A stretch of 60,357 nt of DNA, filler included, from Squatina squatina (taxonomy: Eukaryota): NCBI GenBank assembly GCA_031763465.1. It is 3 parts of 3 records of this genome, joined end to end, with 100 filler letters (N's around TTAATTAATTAA, not from the genome) between each part and the next. Parts side by side here need not be neighbours in the genome. Positions count along the whole stretch, not along the records: positions 1 to 30,416 come from JARFOE010000057.1; positions 30,517 to 45,504 come from JARFOE010000080.1; 1 more part is not named here. The stretch is one strand, 5' to 3'. The translations under genes were made by a program, and so were the position numbers. Positions 26,027-40,500 of this stretch are shown piece by piece; within the stretch, counting starts at the first letter, position 1, and every line of letters starts with the position of its first letter. The notes beneath the pieces are model-generated. The model did no database searches. It was given only the letters and a program-made list of their open reading frames with translations, and was not told the DNA's origin.

Positions 26027-26563
26027 GTAGGGAATTTAATTAACCGGCAATTAAGGTAACAGAAATAGCAANNNNNNNNNNNNNNNNNNNNNNNNNNNNN
26101 NNNNNNNNNNNNNNNNNNNNNNNNNNNNNNNNNNNNNNNNNNNNNNNNNNNNNNNNNNNNNNNNNNNNNNNTTGAGTGGCAACATACTGGTTGAATGTAC
26201 CGTTTTGATAATTAATGTTTCAGTAACTAGGAAAATATTACAAGTGAGGCTCACAGCTCAATATCCCATAATTTACTCTCTGCGGTGTTACAGGCATGAA
26301 CTATCATATATTATATATACTGTTACTATTGAAAATATTTGTGGGTGTAAATTGTATTGTGCAATATTAGTCATAAATGAGTTAAAGCATTCACATGAAG
26401 TACCGGTGTCCACTTTTTTAAAGAAGGCAATAGCCTATTTAAAAATAATTAGGCTAATGTCTTGTTAGAATTGCAGACAAAAGAATCTCATACAACTGCA
26501 GTAATACATTTATCAGTAATATCAGAGTATAATTTCAACCTGTTGACCAGACTTTGATTTTAG

Positions 26564-26770
<207 letters not shown>

Positions 26771-26934
26771 TGATTATTTTACGCTGCCAATTTCCATTAA
26801 AATTAAAGAAATTGCTAAAAGTTCTGGGTAGGAAAGGATTCATGCATGCATACTGGCTTGGCTTATTTTGTTTAAAAGAGCATTGTCCATATCTCAAAGT
26901 GCCAAATAGCTCATGTCCAACAAGAGATTAGTGC

Positions 26935-27156
26935 CTTAAAATTCCTGGGTGGCCAATTGGCACTCTGGTGCTAGCGCTAAATGGGCGTAAAACAGACATT
27001 AGGGGTCTAACGCCCGCTTTTGGCGCTAAATTGAAATTTGCAAAATTGGCCTAAATTTAGCACCGGCGCTAAATGGGCGCTAACTCAGGAGCACTAGAAA
27101 TGTGGCACTAGGCGCAAAACGGCCTCCATGACATCATCAAGGGCGCACCGCCCAAA
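26935..27156 (+). mobile_element. GC-rich repeat-family end with reiterated GGCGCTAA units (probable non-autonomous DNA transposon)
   Basis: Shares ggcgctaa...ggcactagg...ccatgac.tcatca with 24700-24880. Related ends at 32840-33052 and 58923-59132; all run into gaps. Confidence 0.55.
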
Positions 27157-27469
27157 NNNNNNNNNNNNNNNNNNNNNNNNNNNNNNNNNNNNNNNNNNNN
27201 NNNNNNNNNNNNNNNNNNNNNNNNNNNNNNNNNNNNNNNNNNNNNNNNNNNNNNNNTCCGAGGTTTGTTTGTTGTTGTAGTGCCTCTATGAGCACAAAAA
27301 TGAAAGTTCATTGTGACCAGAGCAAAAAATAGTTTCAAGCACTCTGCTGTTTTGATAATGTAGTTCAGTATCACATGAAGATGTAAAAAGATGGATGGAA
27401 ATAAAGGAGCCTCTTATAAATTCCGGTTTAACCTTGTTCCATTTATCTAACCTGTTTTCTCTTTACTAA

Positions 27470-27742
<273 letters not shown>

Positions 27743-27772
<30 letters not shown>
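27743..27772. repeat. (GA)n microsatellite
   Basis: Pure GA run ending at a gap. Confidence 0.95.
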
Positions 27773-29489
27773 NNNNNNNNNNNNNNNNNNNNNNNNNNNN
27801 NNNNNNNNNNNNNNNNNNNNNNNNNNNNNNNNNNNNNNNNNNNNNNNNNNNNNNNNNNNNNNNNNNNNNNNNCCCAGGTGCTGACTGGTCTAGGAATAGA
27901 ATCATGCAGCACAGAAGGAGGCCATACTGCTCATTGTGCCTGTGCCAGCTCTTTGAAAGAGCAATCCAATTAGTCCCACTCTGCCACACGTACCCCAAAA
28001 TAATGTACAGATAAACAAAACCTCTGTACTAATATTTTAGCACTGCCATTCAGTTACTAGTCCATATCCATATCGTATTGGCATTTGCTTTACAGCAGGA
28101 AGTGAGACAGAAGAGCAAGGAGATAGTACTGATGCACAACTCTCAAGCTCAGCCCCATTGTGTGATATTCCACGGGATTCAGGCTGCTATGAAAGTTCAG
28201 AGAATTTGGAGAACGTGCGGGAAGAATCTGAATTAAGCACCACTGAAGAGCAAATGCAGGGCCCTCCTGCTGAAGACTGAGCCAGATCATTCTACTAGCT
28301 GTTCAATGGACTCTAATGCTGACATCTAGTGGCTTAAAGAATACAAAACAATTGAAAACTGCAATACCACTTTTGTATCAAGCTGCAAAATATGAAATGA
28401 TGAGTGTTTGTAAAGCATTCAAAGAATACTGGGAATTGAGAGCCAATTTTTTTGTTTGGAGTTTATCGTATATTCTCCTGTATGATATTCAGCTTTAGCA
28501 ATTGGTAGAAAGGAATTTTTTGTGGGACTTTGTGCGATAGAAATTTTGTGCATGTTCAAAGATCCAAATAGGATACCATTCTCAGGGGATTAAAGGACTG
28601 ACAACTACGTGTCTTCCTCGCCAGGAGATGCTGTGTCTGCACATATTTGCCCATTTATAACTTTTGGTAATATTTCATCAGTGCAAGTTGGTAGCATAGA
28701 ATACTGGAGACATAAGGGCCAGTTTTACGAGTGCGCATTAACAGTGGGGAGCCCTGTCCACTGCCCTCATATCAGAATATTGTTGGTGAAGCTGCCCACA
28801 ATATTCTGTTGTGCTTGGCTAGCGGGTGACCTCATACATCTGTGTACTGCCAGCTGTCGAGTTTGCTGTAATCCCATCCCCAAAAGGCTGCAGTTGCATG
28901 ACGTACACATGGCAATCATGAAAATTGCCCGCTTGGGGGTAGGTGCAATTATACACCCAGAAAGATGTGCTGCTGCTGCACAAATATCATTTTATAGCTC
29001 ATGTATAGTTCAGGAACCAATCTCTGATTTTGAAATGTTTTGTGTGAAGATTTTGTACTGGTGAAGGTCTGAATTTGAAATTTAATTTTTTTTAAATAAA
29101 TTTGATTTACAAGTTATCTTTATATTTTTCTATCTGATTTTAGAACCAATATATGTGTACTTTAGTTTAAATAAAGCATTTCTTTGCTCAAAAATTATCG
29201 TATTCATTTTTAAAACTTGCATGTGTTATATTCTTCCAACTGACTATATTACACACTAAATTCCTTTCTTATTTCCAGCATTCTTAATCTGGTTGCTAGA
29301 AGTAGGAATCTGTAGTACAAAATGCATAATCCAGCAGTAATTAACTTGTCAAATTGATAATGCTACCCCTATAAACCTGACAAGTGTGGAAATAGAAATG
29401 TCACACTTAGATAACCCTGCCTATCACTGCCAATACCCGTTTCCACCTCTAACACCATATGCCTCTGCCCTACCTCAAGCCAGCTGCAT

Positions 29490-30042
29490 ACAACACTCCT
29501 ATATATCCTTGTCACCTCCAGATTTGATTATTTCAGTGCTTTCTGGGCTGTCGCCCACTCTTCATCCTCTACAAACTTCAGCTCATCCAAAATTCTGCTC
29601 CCACACCAAGTCCTGCTCACCCACCTTTGCTGACCTAAATTGGTTCCGGTCCCTATACACCTCCAGTTTAAAATTCTTCTTCTTGTGTTTAAACTCCCTC
29701 ATGGCCTTGTTGCTCCCTATCTCGAACCTCCAGCCCTATAACCACTTTCCCCAGAACTCTCCTCCGACCATCTAACTCTTGACCTTTTGTGCATCCTCCC
29801 CTGCCATCGCCCCACCATTGCTGGCCATACCTTCAGTCGTCTAGGCGCCACGATCTGGAATTCCCTCCCTAACTTCCTCTACCCCTCTCTTCCTTTTAAG
29901 GCCCCTCTTTGACCAAGCTTTTGGTTATCTCTCTTAACATTGTCTTTGCTTTGGCATGTAATTTTGTCAGATCACGCCTCCATGAAACACCTTTGGATAT
30001 TTTTCAGTGTTCAAGGCACTATACAAATGCAAGTTGCTGCTG
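29490..30042 (+). mobile_element. Degraded L2 LINE 3' end
   Basis: cagctcatccaaaattctgc...ttcagtcgtctaggc...tggaattccctccc...aggcactatacaaatgcaagttg; the tail is shared with the DeuSINEs. Confidence 0.75.
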
Positions 30043-30416
30043 TTTACCTTTGGGAATAAGACTTGCACTAAACTCATTAAATTGGATGAAGAGGAAGTAA
30101 TACAAACTAAGCAGTGCAATAATGTGGTGACATTTTGGAATTTTTTTCCCCAACTAAGTGTTCAACAACACATCTCAACCAACACCTTTGAATACAAAAA
30201 TGCTCCAAGTAATTTCACAAATAGTAAAAAGGTAAAGGAATGGATGCTGAGCCATGGAGAGTGTAATTTAGACAAATAACCAAAACCTTGGTCAAAAAGA
30301 TGCTCTTTTCAGAGTTCAAACCATGCAGGAGATTAATTAGGGAGTTCTAAGGAGAGAGGGGACTAGTCAGGTGAAGTTTCTCCCACCAATGGTGGGGTGA
30401 AGGGAGGCGAATAAAT

Positions 30417-30516
30417 NNNNNNNNNNNNNNNNNNNNNNNNNNNNNNNNNNNNNNNNNNNNTTAATTAATTAANNNNNNNNNNNNNNNNNNNNNNNNNNNN
30501 NNNNNNNNNNNNNNNN
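30417..30516. other. Artificial scaffold-concatenation linker
   Basis: 44 N + TTAATTAATTAA (stops in all six frames) + 44 N. Confidence 0.97.
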
Positions 30517-31243
30517 GTTCGAAGACCCTTCTTCAGAACTTCACCTGTTGAGTATTTCCAGCATTCTCTGTTTCTATTAGTGTTTTATATAGTTCAAGCA
30601 GACCTCCCTACTCTTTATTCTGTGCCTCGGCTAATAAAGGCAAGTATCACCTCTGCCTTCTTAACTTCAGAGCTTGTTCTATAAACTTGGGAGATCAGGA
30701 GCTGTGATATGGATTTGTTGTAAAGTGGAATTGCAGCATAAAACAAGTAAAAGTGCAATGTTCATAACATGTTGTTGCAGTTCTGTGTATAGTGTATTCC
30801 AGGTGAAGTAATTTGCATAATTAATGGCATGAACCAAAGCTTTTTTTCTGGGGAAAGAAATCCCCCTTTGCCCAAATGTTGTCCATTCCTCCTCAGGACT
30901 GTGCTGACTCTGGCACATGCCCTCTGGTACTTTGCCCAAATGGACAATTTTTTGTGTAAGCCGAGACAGGGAGGGAGTTTGAACATAGGGGCATTGCAAT
31001 AATGTTTCATCCTGTCTTAACCTCTTTTCACACATAATTACTTTCCAGCAGAGTCACTGAATACCAATCAGCAACTGATTTTTTTTCTCCTTCCCTAACC
31101 CAATAGTGCTGAGCTTTTATTAATTAATATTATGCTGAACATTTTGATAATTAATTGATGTTTTGAATTATTGTTTAAAATGTGTCATTGGCATGCTGTT
31201 TCTGATTTTGATATGCTTAGCACAATGCAACTTGCATTGATAA

Positions 31244-31489
<246 letters not shown>

Positions 31490-33394
31490 TGAGCTGGTTT
31501 AATAAGTGCCCATAGTATTAATCATGAGGCACTGATTCTTTTATATCTAAACTTAACCTTATTGTATGGAATAGAATAAAGATCAACTTCTTTGTTTTCT
31601 CTGCTGTTATAAATCGTTAATGTATAGCCATCACTTTTATGCTAAATATAAGCTTGTCTTCAGTAGATTGACAACTAAANNNNNNNNNNNNNNNNNNNNN
31701 NNNNNNNNNNNNNNNNNNNNNNNNNNNNNNNNNNNNNNNNNNNNNNNNNNNNNNNNNNNNNNNNNNNNNNNNNNNNNNNTAATCGACTCCCTACATTGCT
31801 GGTGGTAGTCAGGCAGTCATTTTTTAAAGTTTTGCTAAAAGCTATATGTGGAAGAGAGATGAGAAAAATGAATGTTTTTCACATATTATGATTTAGGATA
31901 AATTTTTGATGTTGAAGTGTATGGAGTAATAAAACATTTTATAATCCACAATATTTTCAGACTTAAGTGATAATAAATTTTCCCACTCCCTAGTTATGAT
32001 GCAGGAATGTTACTGCAGGCATCAGTCTTTAAACCTAATGTTGTGCTCCTTTTGTTTCTGCACTTTCTCTGTGCTTCAGTGTACACAATGGTGCTACTCA
32101 CTGGAGTCCATGACCTTTTGGATTTAAAAGAGGATTTTACATAGACTTAAGTTCTTTCCATTGTCTGTGTACAATGTCTTCCTCTCCCAACAGCTGCTGG
32201 TGANNNNNNNNNNTCCCGTTTTTAAAAAATGCTGCTGTCAGGGATTAGTGCAGGAAACTCCACTGGATGAACTAAGGCACCATACCTTAGTATAATCACA
32301 ACTTGGACAGGAATCATTTCTTGGTACTGGCTATATTTGCATTGTCTGATCCATGTCTGAATGCTGTTTTGTCTAAAGTTACTTTTAATTTTCAATGTTG
32401 TGAGGATTATGAACGAGTTCTTTTTGGCTGTTTAGGTTTCCTTGTGTCAGGGGTTGGCAGGTAAGGTTTCCTTTGTATATAAAGAAAGACTTGTGTTCAG
32501 TAAATGCTCTGGATAAGTTTAAATTCACTTCTCTTTGTGCCCCTATCCCCGGAATTTGTATAGTTGTTTGTTTAATAGATCTCTTATGCATGTCTTGTCA
32601 AGCAATTGAGTTATTACCCAGAAATTACTATTAAAATTTTAATTTGTACTTGTACGATAATATAGGCATGTATTCACCTGGCATCAAGGTACATCACAGT
32701 TAAATGGGAAAGAAGCACATACACTATTAGATGATACACAGGAGAGTGGCAAAGACTTGCTTGTGACAATGCCTAAATTTTGAAAATATTGGTTTTTTTT
32801 GATGGGGAAGTATAGTCTTATTATGCTGTAAAAACATCTAGGGCCCAAAATTCCCCAACGCCCTAAAGGATTTACGCAAAACGTTTGAGGCTCAGTTGCA
32901 CCTCCATTCGAAGGTGCTATGACGTATCAAAATTCGGCACTTTTTCCCAGGAGGCGAGATTGGGAGTCGCAAAGCGCCGACTTTAGGCCCGGTGAGGTGA
33001 GAGTCCCTGTGGGTCCTGGAGGCGTGGCGCTAAGCTACCTTTGCCGTTGCTGNNNNNNNNNNNNNNNNNNNNNNNNNNNNNNNNNNNNNNNNNNNNNNNN
33101 NNNNNNNNNNNNNNNNNNNNNNNNNNNNNNNNNNNNNNNNNNNNNNNNNNNNCAGGACCCAGAAACTGCTGCACTCCTTCCCTCCCTCTTTCATCTACAG
33201 GCCTTTAAAACTCAATCTTGATGTCACCTAACTACTGTTTACTGATTTATCCATCCCTTACTCTTTGTAACCCCAATGGTGTCCTGCGCTATGGGCCTTA
33301 GTATTTTCAATAGAGCGTAAGGAACAAATCAATGAATGGAGAACAGACAGTTTTCATAGCATTTTAGTGCCAAGCATAAACATCCTTTTCTAGT

Positions 33395-33740
33395 GTTTTT
33401 CATGTGCTCAGGATGTCCTAAGCGCTTCACAGCCAATGATTTACTTTTGAAGTCACTTGGTTTGTAGGCAAATGCAGGCAGCCAATTACCACATAAAACA
33501 AGATCCCACATACAGCAAAGGAGATGAATATCCAGTTGGTCCATTTCTGGTGGTGTTAGTTGGAGGAGGAGGAGCCTCGGTATCAATGCTCGAGATTGGC
33601 CAGGACATTTGAATGCCCCGCTCTTCGAGCAGTCCATGGGATCTTTTACATGCATTTGAGCAGGTAGACTGGGTTTAATATTTCATCGGTAAGACAGCAC
33701 CTCTGGCAATGCAGCGCCCCACTCAGTACTGCGCTGAAGC
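33395..33740 (-). mobile_element. Degraded DeuSINE
   Basis: aagcgcttcacagccaatga...ccatgggatcttttacat...aagacagcacctctggcaatgcagc is the reverse complement of the SINE body. Confidence 0.7.
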
Positions 33741-34408
33741 ACAAGAAAATAATGAATGAGAAATCTCCCAAATTCTTCAAAATGATCAGGATTTCATGAG
33801 AAGTTGATTCTAAAGGTTTAGACATCAAGTCATGCAGCGGCGAAGGCTGAGAGAGGCAGGATGGTCAGCTGAACTTTTAAATTGTGTGAGTCAAAGCATG
33901 TGAGGACTTTGACATTTTTCTAGTTCCAAGCATTTAATCTTCTTCAAGGCAAAGATGTTAAGTGTTAAGTGTTGAAGAATGGAATACTTTATCCAGTCGA
34001 ACCAAGTGTCTGTAGCAAGCACTCCCAGCTCAGGTAGAGCACAGCTATATACCGAGAAAAAGCTCCTTCTAGTCTTGCCCAACAACATGCCTCAACCTCG
34101 ACCTGGAGGAAAGTGCCCTCTACTGCATGGGGCGGGGGGGGCGACGGTTTCCCATTTCCTACACCATTCATCCGTGTAACCTTTCACTGAGACTTAATAC
34201 TGAATCAGTAGTTTTGTGCTGGAGCTCTTGCCCACAGAAAATTTGATATTCCAAATTCATTTTTCTTGAGAACATTATAGCGAGCAGAGAAAATACTCTT
34301 TTATTTCAATACCCTGTATATATTCAACCCTAATCCAGGAGATGAAAGCACAATTTGAAAATCTTAGACACCTATTACCAATTCTTAGTAAAAAATACAA
34401 AAATCTAA

Positions 34409-34570
<162 letters not shown>

Positions 34571-37500
34571 TAGGGTTCACCCTTGTTTGTTTTTCTAACT
34601 TATAGTTGCTTTAAAATGTACTTGGCCCCTAAATGCCTAAATGTTTGCTCTATGTAAGTTATTAAATATGCCAGCAGTACATCTTGTGGAGGAAGCGTGA
34701 ACGAGAGACTGTGAAGTTCTTAAGCTTCCAATATGGNNNNNNNNNNNNNNNNNNNNNNNNNNNNNNNNNNNNNNNNNNNNNNNNNNNNNNNNNNNNNNNN
34801 NNNNNNNNNNNNNNNNNNNNNNNNNNNNNNNNNNNNTTTAAATCAGCTGATGCGGTTGCTAACTTCAGTGGTTGGGACATGTACTTTAATCTCCAATGAA
34901 TCACTGAATGAACTGTAACTTGATTTTCATGGGCAAATCATATGCATTACATTTGTGCATTTGTTTTCCTCTGTTTCTGAAATGTGAAAAAGACATCTGT
35001 GTTGAGAACAAAAACTGTTATTCATGGAATCATTAAGAAGAGCTTTTCCCTCCAAATGCTGTTCTTCTCCTGTGCAGCTGCCTGACATCTTTAGGTCTTA
35101 TTGGTAAAATAGTTCTACAGTTGAAGTTCATTAAGTAGCTTGCCCAAGTGGAAATTAAATTGTCCTATTTATCAAATTTCCCTGTAAGCACAACTAATTT
35201 TAGATAAATTGAGCTTCTATTAGAGTGTGAGAAAATTCTGAGCACCCTGTTTGGGGGCTGTAACCTTCGCGAGGCAGGACTTCCTGCGCCCGGCCCCCGT
35301 GTCGCGAGAATCGACATGGAGGCCGGACCAGTAAGTCAGAGGTCAGCACAAAATGGTGCCATGCACCTCCCCTTTTAAATTTCGCCCTGTGAGCAGGGTG
35401 CAGCCCAATTTCTGCCAAGGGGCGTGAACGGGCTGCTGCAGGGCGAAAAAGAGTCACCGCTCACGGTGATAATGTCAACGCCGCAGGCGCAGCGGTTAGG
35501 GGCGCTACCAGCAGGGATGTGGCACTACTGGAGTGTCCTGAAAATTTTGCTTTGCAAACATTTTCTGCTCACTTTCATGGGCGATGCTATTTTGTTTCTC
35601 CTACAACCTGTCACAGAACCTGCAATATTCCAATACATGAAGTGAGTTTAGCTGTCCCTCAATTGTACGACTAAAATATAGCACAAAAGGCTATTGGGGG
35701 TGGGTGGGGGAGAGAATAAGANNNNNNNNNNNNNNNNNNNNNNNNNNNNNNNNNNNNNNNNNNNNNNNNNNNNNNNNNNNNNNNNNNNNNNNNNNNNNNN
35801 NNNNNNNNNNNNNNNNNNNNNCCCACCACCCCCCAAAAAGAATTGCCATCCATATTTATGCTATGGCCAAACAGTGAACTCAGGCCCAGTTTTTTCAATT
35901 TGCCTGGTCTATTAATTCAGAGTTCATACAAACCATGGATATTGTACAAGTACTGCACTATTACTTTTACCATGTTGTCTGCTATAGCTCAGAGTTTCTC
36001 TCATAAAAATTAAAGATCTCAGATAGTGCAAAGTTTATATTTTGTTCTTGATCAACAGTTTTTCCCAGTACTTAATTGTCACAAGCAATAAACTACTTTT
36101 GTTTAATTGGCAAGTTTTAATTGCATCACAGGTCTACATTTATCAGGTTTCATTTTAGGTGAAGAGTTAGCTGGACACCAGAAAATTCAATAGTTCAAAG
36201 CAAACTTTATTCTATATCATTTTTAGAAATATGGCAAGACACGGTTAAAAGTGAAATCTGTTGAATGCACAAGGAGATTTTTTTTGAAGAGTGTTGACCA
36301 CACAGAACTTGTAAATGCTGTGGCACTCGGACCACCTTGTCTGAAGTGATGCAGGAGCAATGAACCCTATACTTGATTTGATTGTGTCAAACAATAGCAT
36401 TTGTGGCAATGCCAATGCAATTTCTTTTTAGATTATTACTATTTTATAAAAAAAAAACACAAGTTAAACTGGTTTCTTTAGTATCCAATGGAATAGCTTT
36501 CTACATTTTAAAGTACTCAGTGCCTTCCTAGCAATAATAAAAGTTACCAAAGCTAGACAAATGGTCCACATTAGATGGGCCACATTACTACATTTTACTG
36601 TTCTTTAGCACGGTAGAAGTTATAAGAAAAGGAATGAGGTAAAGTAATAACATGTGCTTAGGAATCTTCGTTGTAATATTTCGCCACGGATGATTTGTTT
36701 TTACACTTTCTTCAAATGGCATTTAATTTCTCAGCTGGTTAATCCCTTAACTACACTTTTTTTTTAACCAAAATTCCACCATTGTAATTCGTGCTGCTGA
36801 GGATAAGCAGCATTTATTTTGGATGAAATTAAAAGAAGTTTGGTTAAGTAGCACACTGTGNNNNNNNNNNNNNNNNNNNNNNNNNNNNNNNNNNNNNNNN
36901 NNNNNNNNNNNNNNNNNNNNNNNNNNNNNNNNNNNNNNNNNNNNNNNNNNNNNNNNNNNNTTCAACAGTGTCCCCAATGCCTTCAAATGACAGTCCTTCT
37001 GTTTAGATACTTAAGAATAATAAATGCATTAAAACATTTCAAGGAAAATGTTATTATGCTGATTAATTTAAGTCCTATTAGAAGTGCAGTAGGGTGTTGT
37101 TTTATGTGCATGCTTGCTTTCATTGCTCAGGGTTACTATGGGTCCAAAGATTATTTTGATTAGATTTTGGGCCATTGTTGAATGTACTAACTTTGTATGG
37201 GTTGATACTGATGGTGTTTAGGTCGAAACTGAAAATAAACCAGAAGTATGTGAATTAATATNNNNNNNNNNGTAACTAGTAAAGCACTTAAAAAATCATT
37301 ATCAAAGGAGTCTATGTACTTTGTAACAAGAAACATTTTCAACTGCGTAAAAGAGTGAATCTTTGTAAATGCTTCAAAGCTGACAACATGCATCATAAAT
37401 GCTGGATTATGCAAGTGGTTAGACTGAATCAGAAGCAATCCATCAGTTATACTCAAACTAACTTGCCCCGCCTCTACATCTGTTCACAGACTAAATGGTT

Positions 37501-40500
37501 GATTCAGCTCAGGAAAAATGATGTATACATTGATCTAAATTAAAGTTGATCCAAGACCATTCACGGTGCATTTTTAAACTGGATTCACTCAACCTCCATT
37601 TATGTGGCCACTGCTAGTTGATTTTATTGAATGTTCTACTTTATACATAAAGAAGCGTAAGCTGAAAATTATTACTGTTTTACAATTGGGGAAGGAAGTA
37701 AATGCAGTTGTGAATTTTCCCTTAATCGAACTGGGTTTTACAGATTTCCATAATGAATATTGAGTTCTGTGTTTGAATCATAATGTCTATGTGTATATTA
37801 ATTTTACTGTTTATTGCTTTTGTTTGTGTGAAATGTTTGCCTTATACCTTTTGTAATCTGTGCGAATACTTCAATAGAGATCCTACAGCTGCTACAATCT
37901 ATTAACCAACATTTATTAATAACCTGTTTCCTTTGATTTTAGCCAGAATTTTACTTTTGGCATTTTTTTCTAATCGGATAACTAGTTATCAGCTGATTAT
38001 GATGTNNNNNNNNNNNNNNNNNNNNNNNNNNNNNNNNNNNNNNNNNNNNNNNNNNNNNNNNNNNNNNNNNNNNNNNNNNNNNNNNNNNNNNNNNNNNNNN
38101 NNNNNTCTTGCAGTGACTCTTCTCATTCGTTCCACTGGTTTTCAACTTTGCTGATCACTGGCTGTGGACTCTCTACACTTCCTATAGCTTCTGGACTTCA
38201 CTCGCTTGCTTTGGACAGCGGTTCGTCGATGCTCCGTGCTGGCCCCATCTTGTTCGTGTCTGCTTTGTCCTTGCATGGGACTGTGGCTTTGAACCTGGCC
38301 TCCCTAACTACATTTAAACAGGGCTATGCAACCAGACCCGAGCCATTCAATACTTTTCCACTTTCCCCCCTCTTTCCTTTTCTCTTTATCCCTCCCTGAC
38401 CACTCTCTCTTGTCATCAAGCCTCCTTTCATCTCCCAACAATGCCTTTGCTTTGCTGCAATACTGAGTCGACGCCCATCTCTTCAATCGCATATGAATAA
38501 CATTAAATAGTGTTTATGCTAGCCATTGTCGTCTTTTGTATCCTTCGTCTAGTGCCCGGAGAAAGGCCTGCTTTTGTAGTCTGGGATTTAGGCTACCTTC
38601 TCATACAGCATGGGTGCGGACATGTAGAATGTCAGAAATGAAAACAAGTCTGAAAACACTAAGCTGTTGCACTCAGAGGTATTCTGTTTCCGATAGACAT
38701 TAGTGTGAAGAGTTTAGAGCGGTTACATTACCCCTCCCGAGTTCTCTCCATATTGATAGCACATAGGCACAAAAAGAGCAGAAAGATTGAATTTGCTGCC
38801 GATCTTAAAAACAGAAAATGCTGCAAACACTCAGGAGGCAAGCCAAGGCTTCAGGTGTCGGCCCTTTTCACAAAACATTAGGACCACCAAAGCAACAGAG
38901 GTCATAAAATTCAATAGGTTTCCTGAACTGACTGAACCACCTTTGTGATGATTTTTGTTTTTGGTGAGAGAGTAAGAGGCCTTATGTTACCCTGGCAGCC
39001 ATTTTAAACAAGAGCACAGTTCTTGTTTGGAACATTCTAGAACAATTCATATTTTTCAGTAGATAGCTGGTGTAGGTGCGTCAGCAGTGCCGTAACACTA
39101 CACCGCTCATTAGGAATCAACACATAAAGGATATCCCATTGGTGACAGGATTCAACTCATGATAGCTTAGCACAGTTGGAATGCTTTTGCTTCAAAGTCA
39201 GAAGGTTACGGGTTCAAGTCCATTTCTAGGATTTGAGCTCTTAGTCTCGAATAATACACCAGTACAGTACTGAGTGCTGCACTGTGTTTGTGGGATCGTG
39301 CCATGTGTGTCTAAAAGCATTTCAATGAATTAATTGGGCCTGAAATTGCGATCTCCCCAGGTGGGGACGATGTTTCCGCGCATCTGAGGAGACATCGCAA
39401 AAGCCGGTTATGGGGCTGTCAATCGTAAGCCCATATAACCGGCAGTTACGATCTGTCCAGAAACTTGGTTGCGAAACCCATCCCCAGCACAGAGCTTTGC
39501 AATATTTTTGCAAAGTTTTGTGCTGGGGATCTCTTGAAATTTCTTACGCTTGTTAAAACCTAGCGTATCTGCTTGGTTTTAACATCGTAAGAAAAGTTTA
39601 AAAAATTTAATTCAAAAAAATTACTGGGACATTACTTTNNNNNNNNNNNNNNNNNNNNNNNNNNNNNNNNNNNNNNNNNNNNNNNNNNNNNNNNNNNNNN
39701 NNNNNNNNNNNNNNNNNNNNNNNNNNNNNNNNNNNNNNAAAGGTATTATTTACGATGTTTCAGTGGCAGAGTCCTGTCTGGTTCTTAATATGTGCTGTGA
39801 ATTTAAACAGTTCCCAACATGGACAGTAGATGCAACACTTTCCACCCCAGATGCAACACTTTGTTGTGCAAACAAAAAACTGACAAATCTAGACAACCTG
39901 CTGGTCGATCCATAAACTAGCAATTGGAAACTGCTCTCCCACAGGAGAGCAAAATACCATTGGAAATTAACCACTTCATTGCTAAAGTTGTGAATAATTT
40001 GCTACGTCTGTTGATTTCTGTTTTAAATACAGCGTTTCTAGGCAGTCTTATTCTGTTGGGTATCAAAGAATGAGGTAATTTTTTATTCATGAGTTCACAG
40101 ACTACAGAACCATCATTTTGCAACAGTTTTGATCCTAATTGTAGGACTATCTTTGATTGGAGTCGGAAGGAACAGTTGCACATTGTTATTGGAGTTGAAA
40201 ACTTTCTAAAGTTGCTATAGTGCCACAGTTACATTTTAATGCAGTCAACCATCAATTATGTCATTGCTGTTCTCTTCCTCACAGCTGCTATTGGATCTCA
40301 GTTCTTTTGAAACTGGTGTTTTTGGTGTAGCTGAAAGGACTGATGACCTTGTCCATCCATCTATCTGTGTCTAGATTGATAACAGTTATATTACCTCAAC
40401 TTTGTGAACGTCTACACTAATATAAATAACAGTTCAAATTTCAAGTGATTCTGACCAGGAGCATTCCAAATGACTTTAAAATTTATATATTATGATTACT

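Noticed and set aside
26970-27100. CRISPR-like spaced repeats (GGCGCTAAAT units)
   Set aside because: The units are short and irregularly spaced inside a eukaryotic transposon end, and there are no cas genes.
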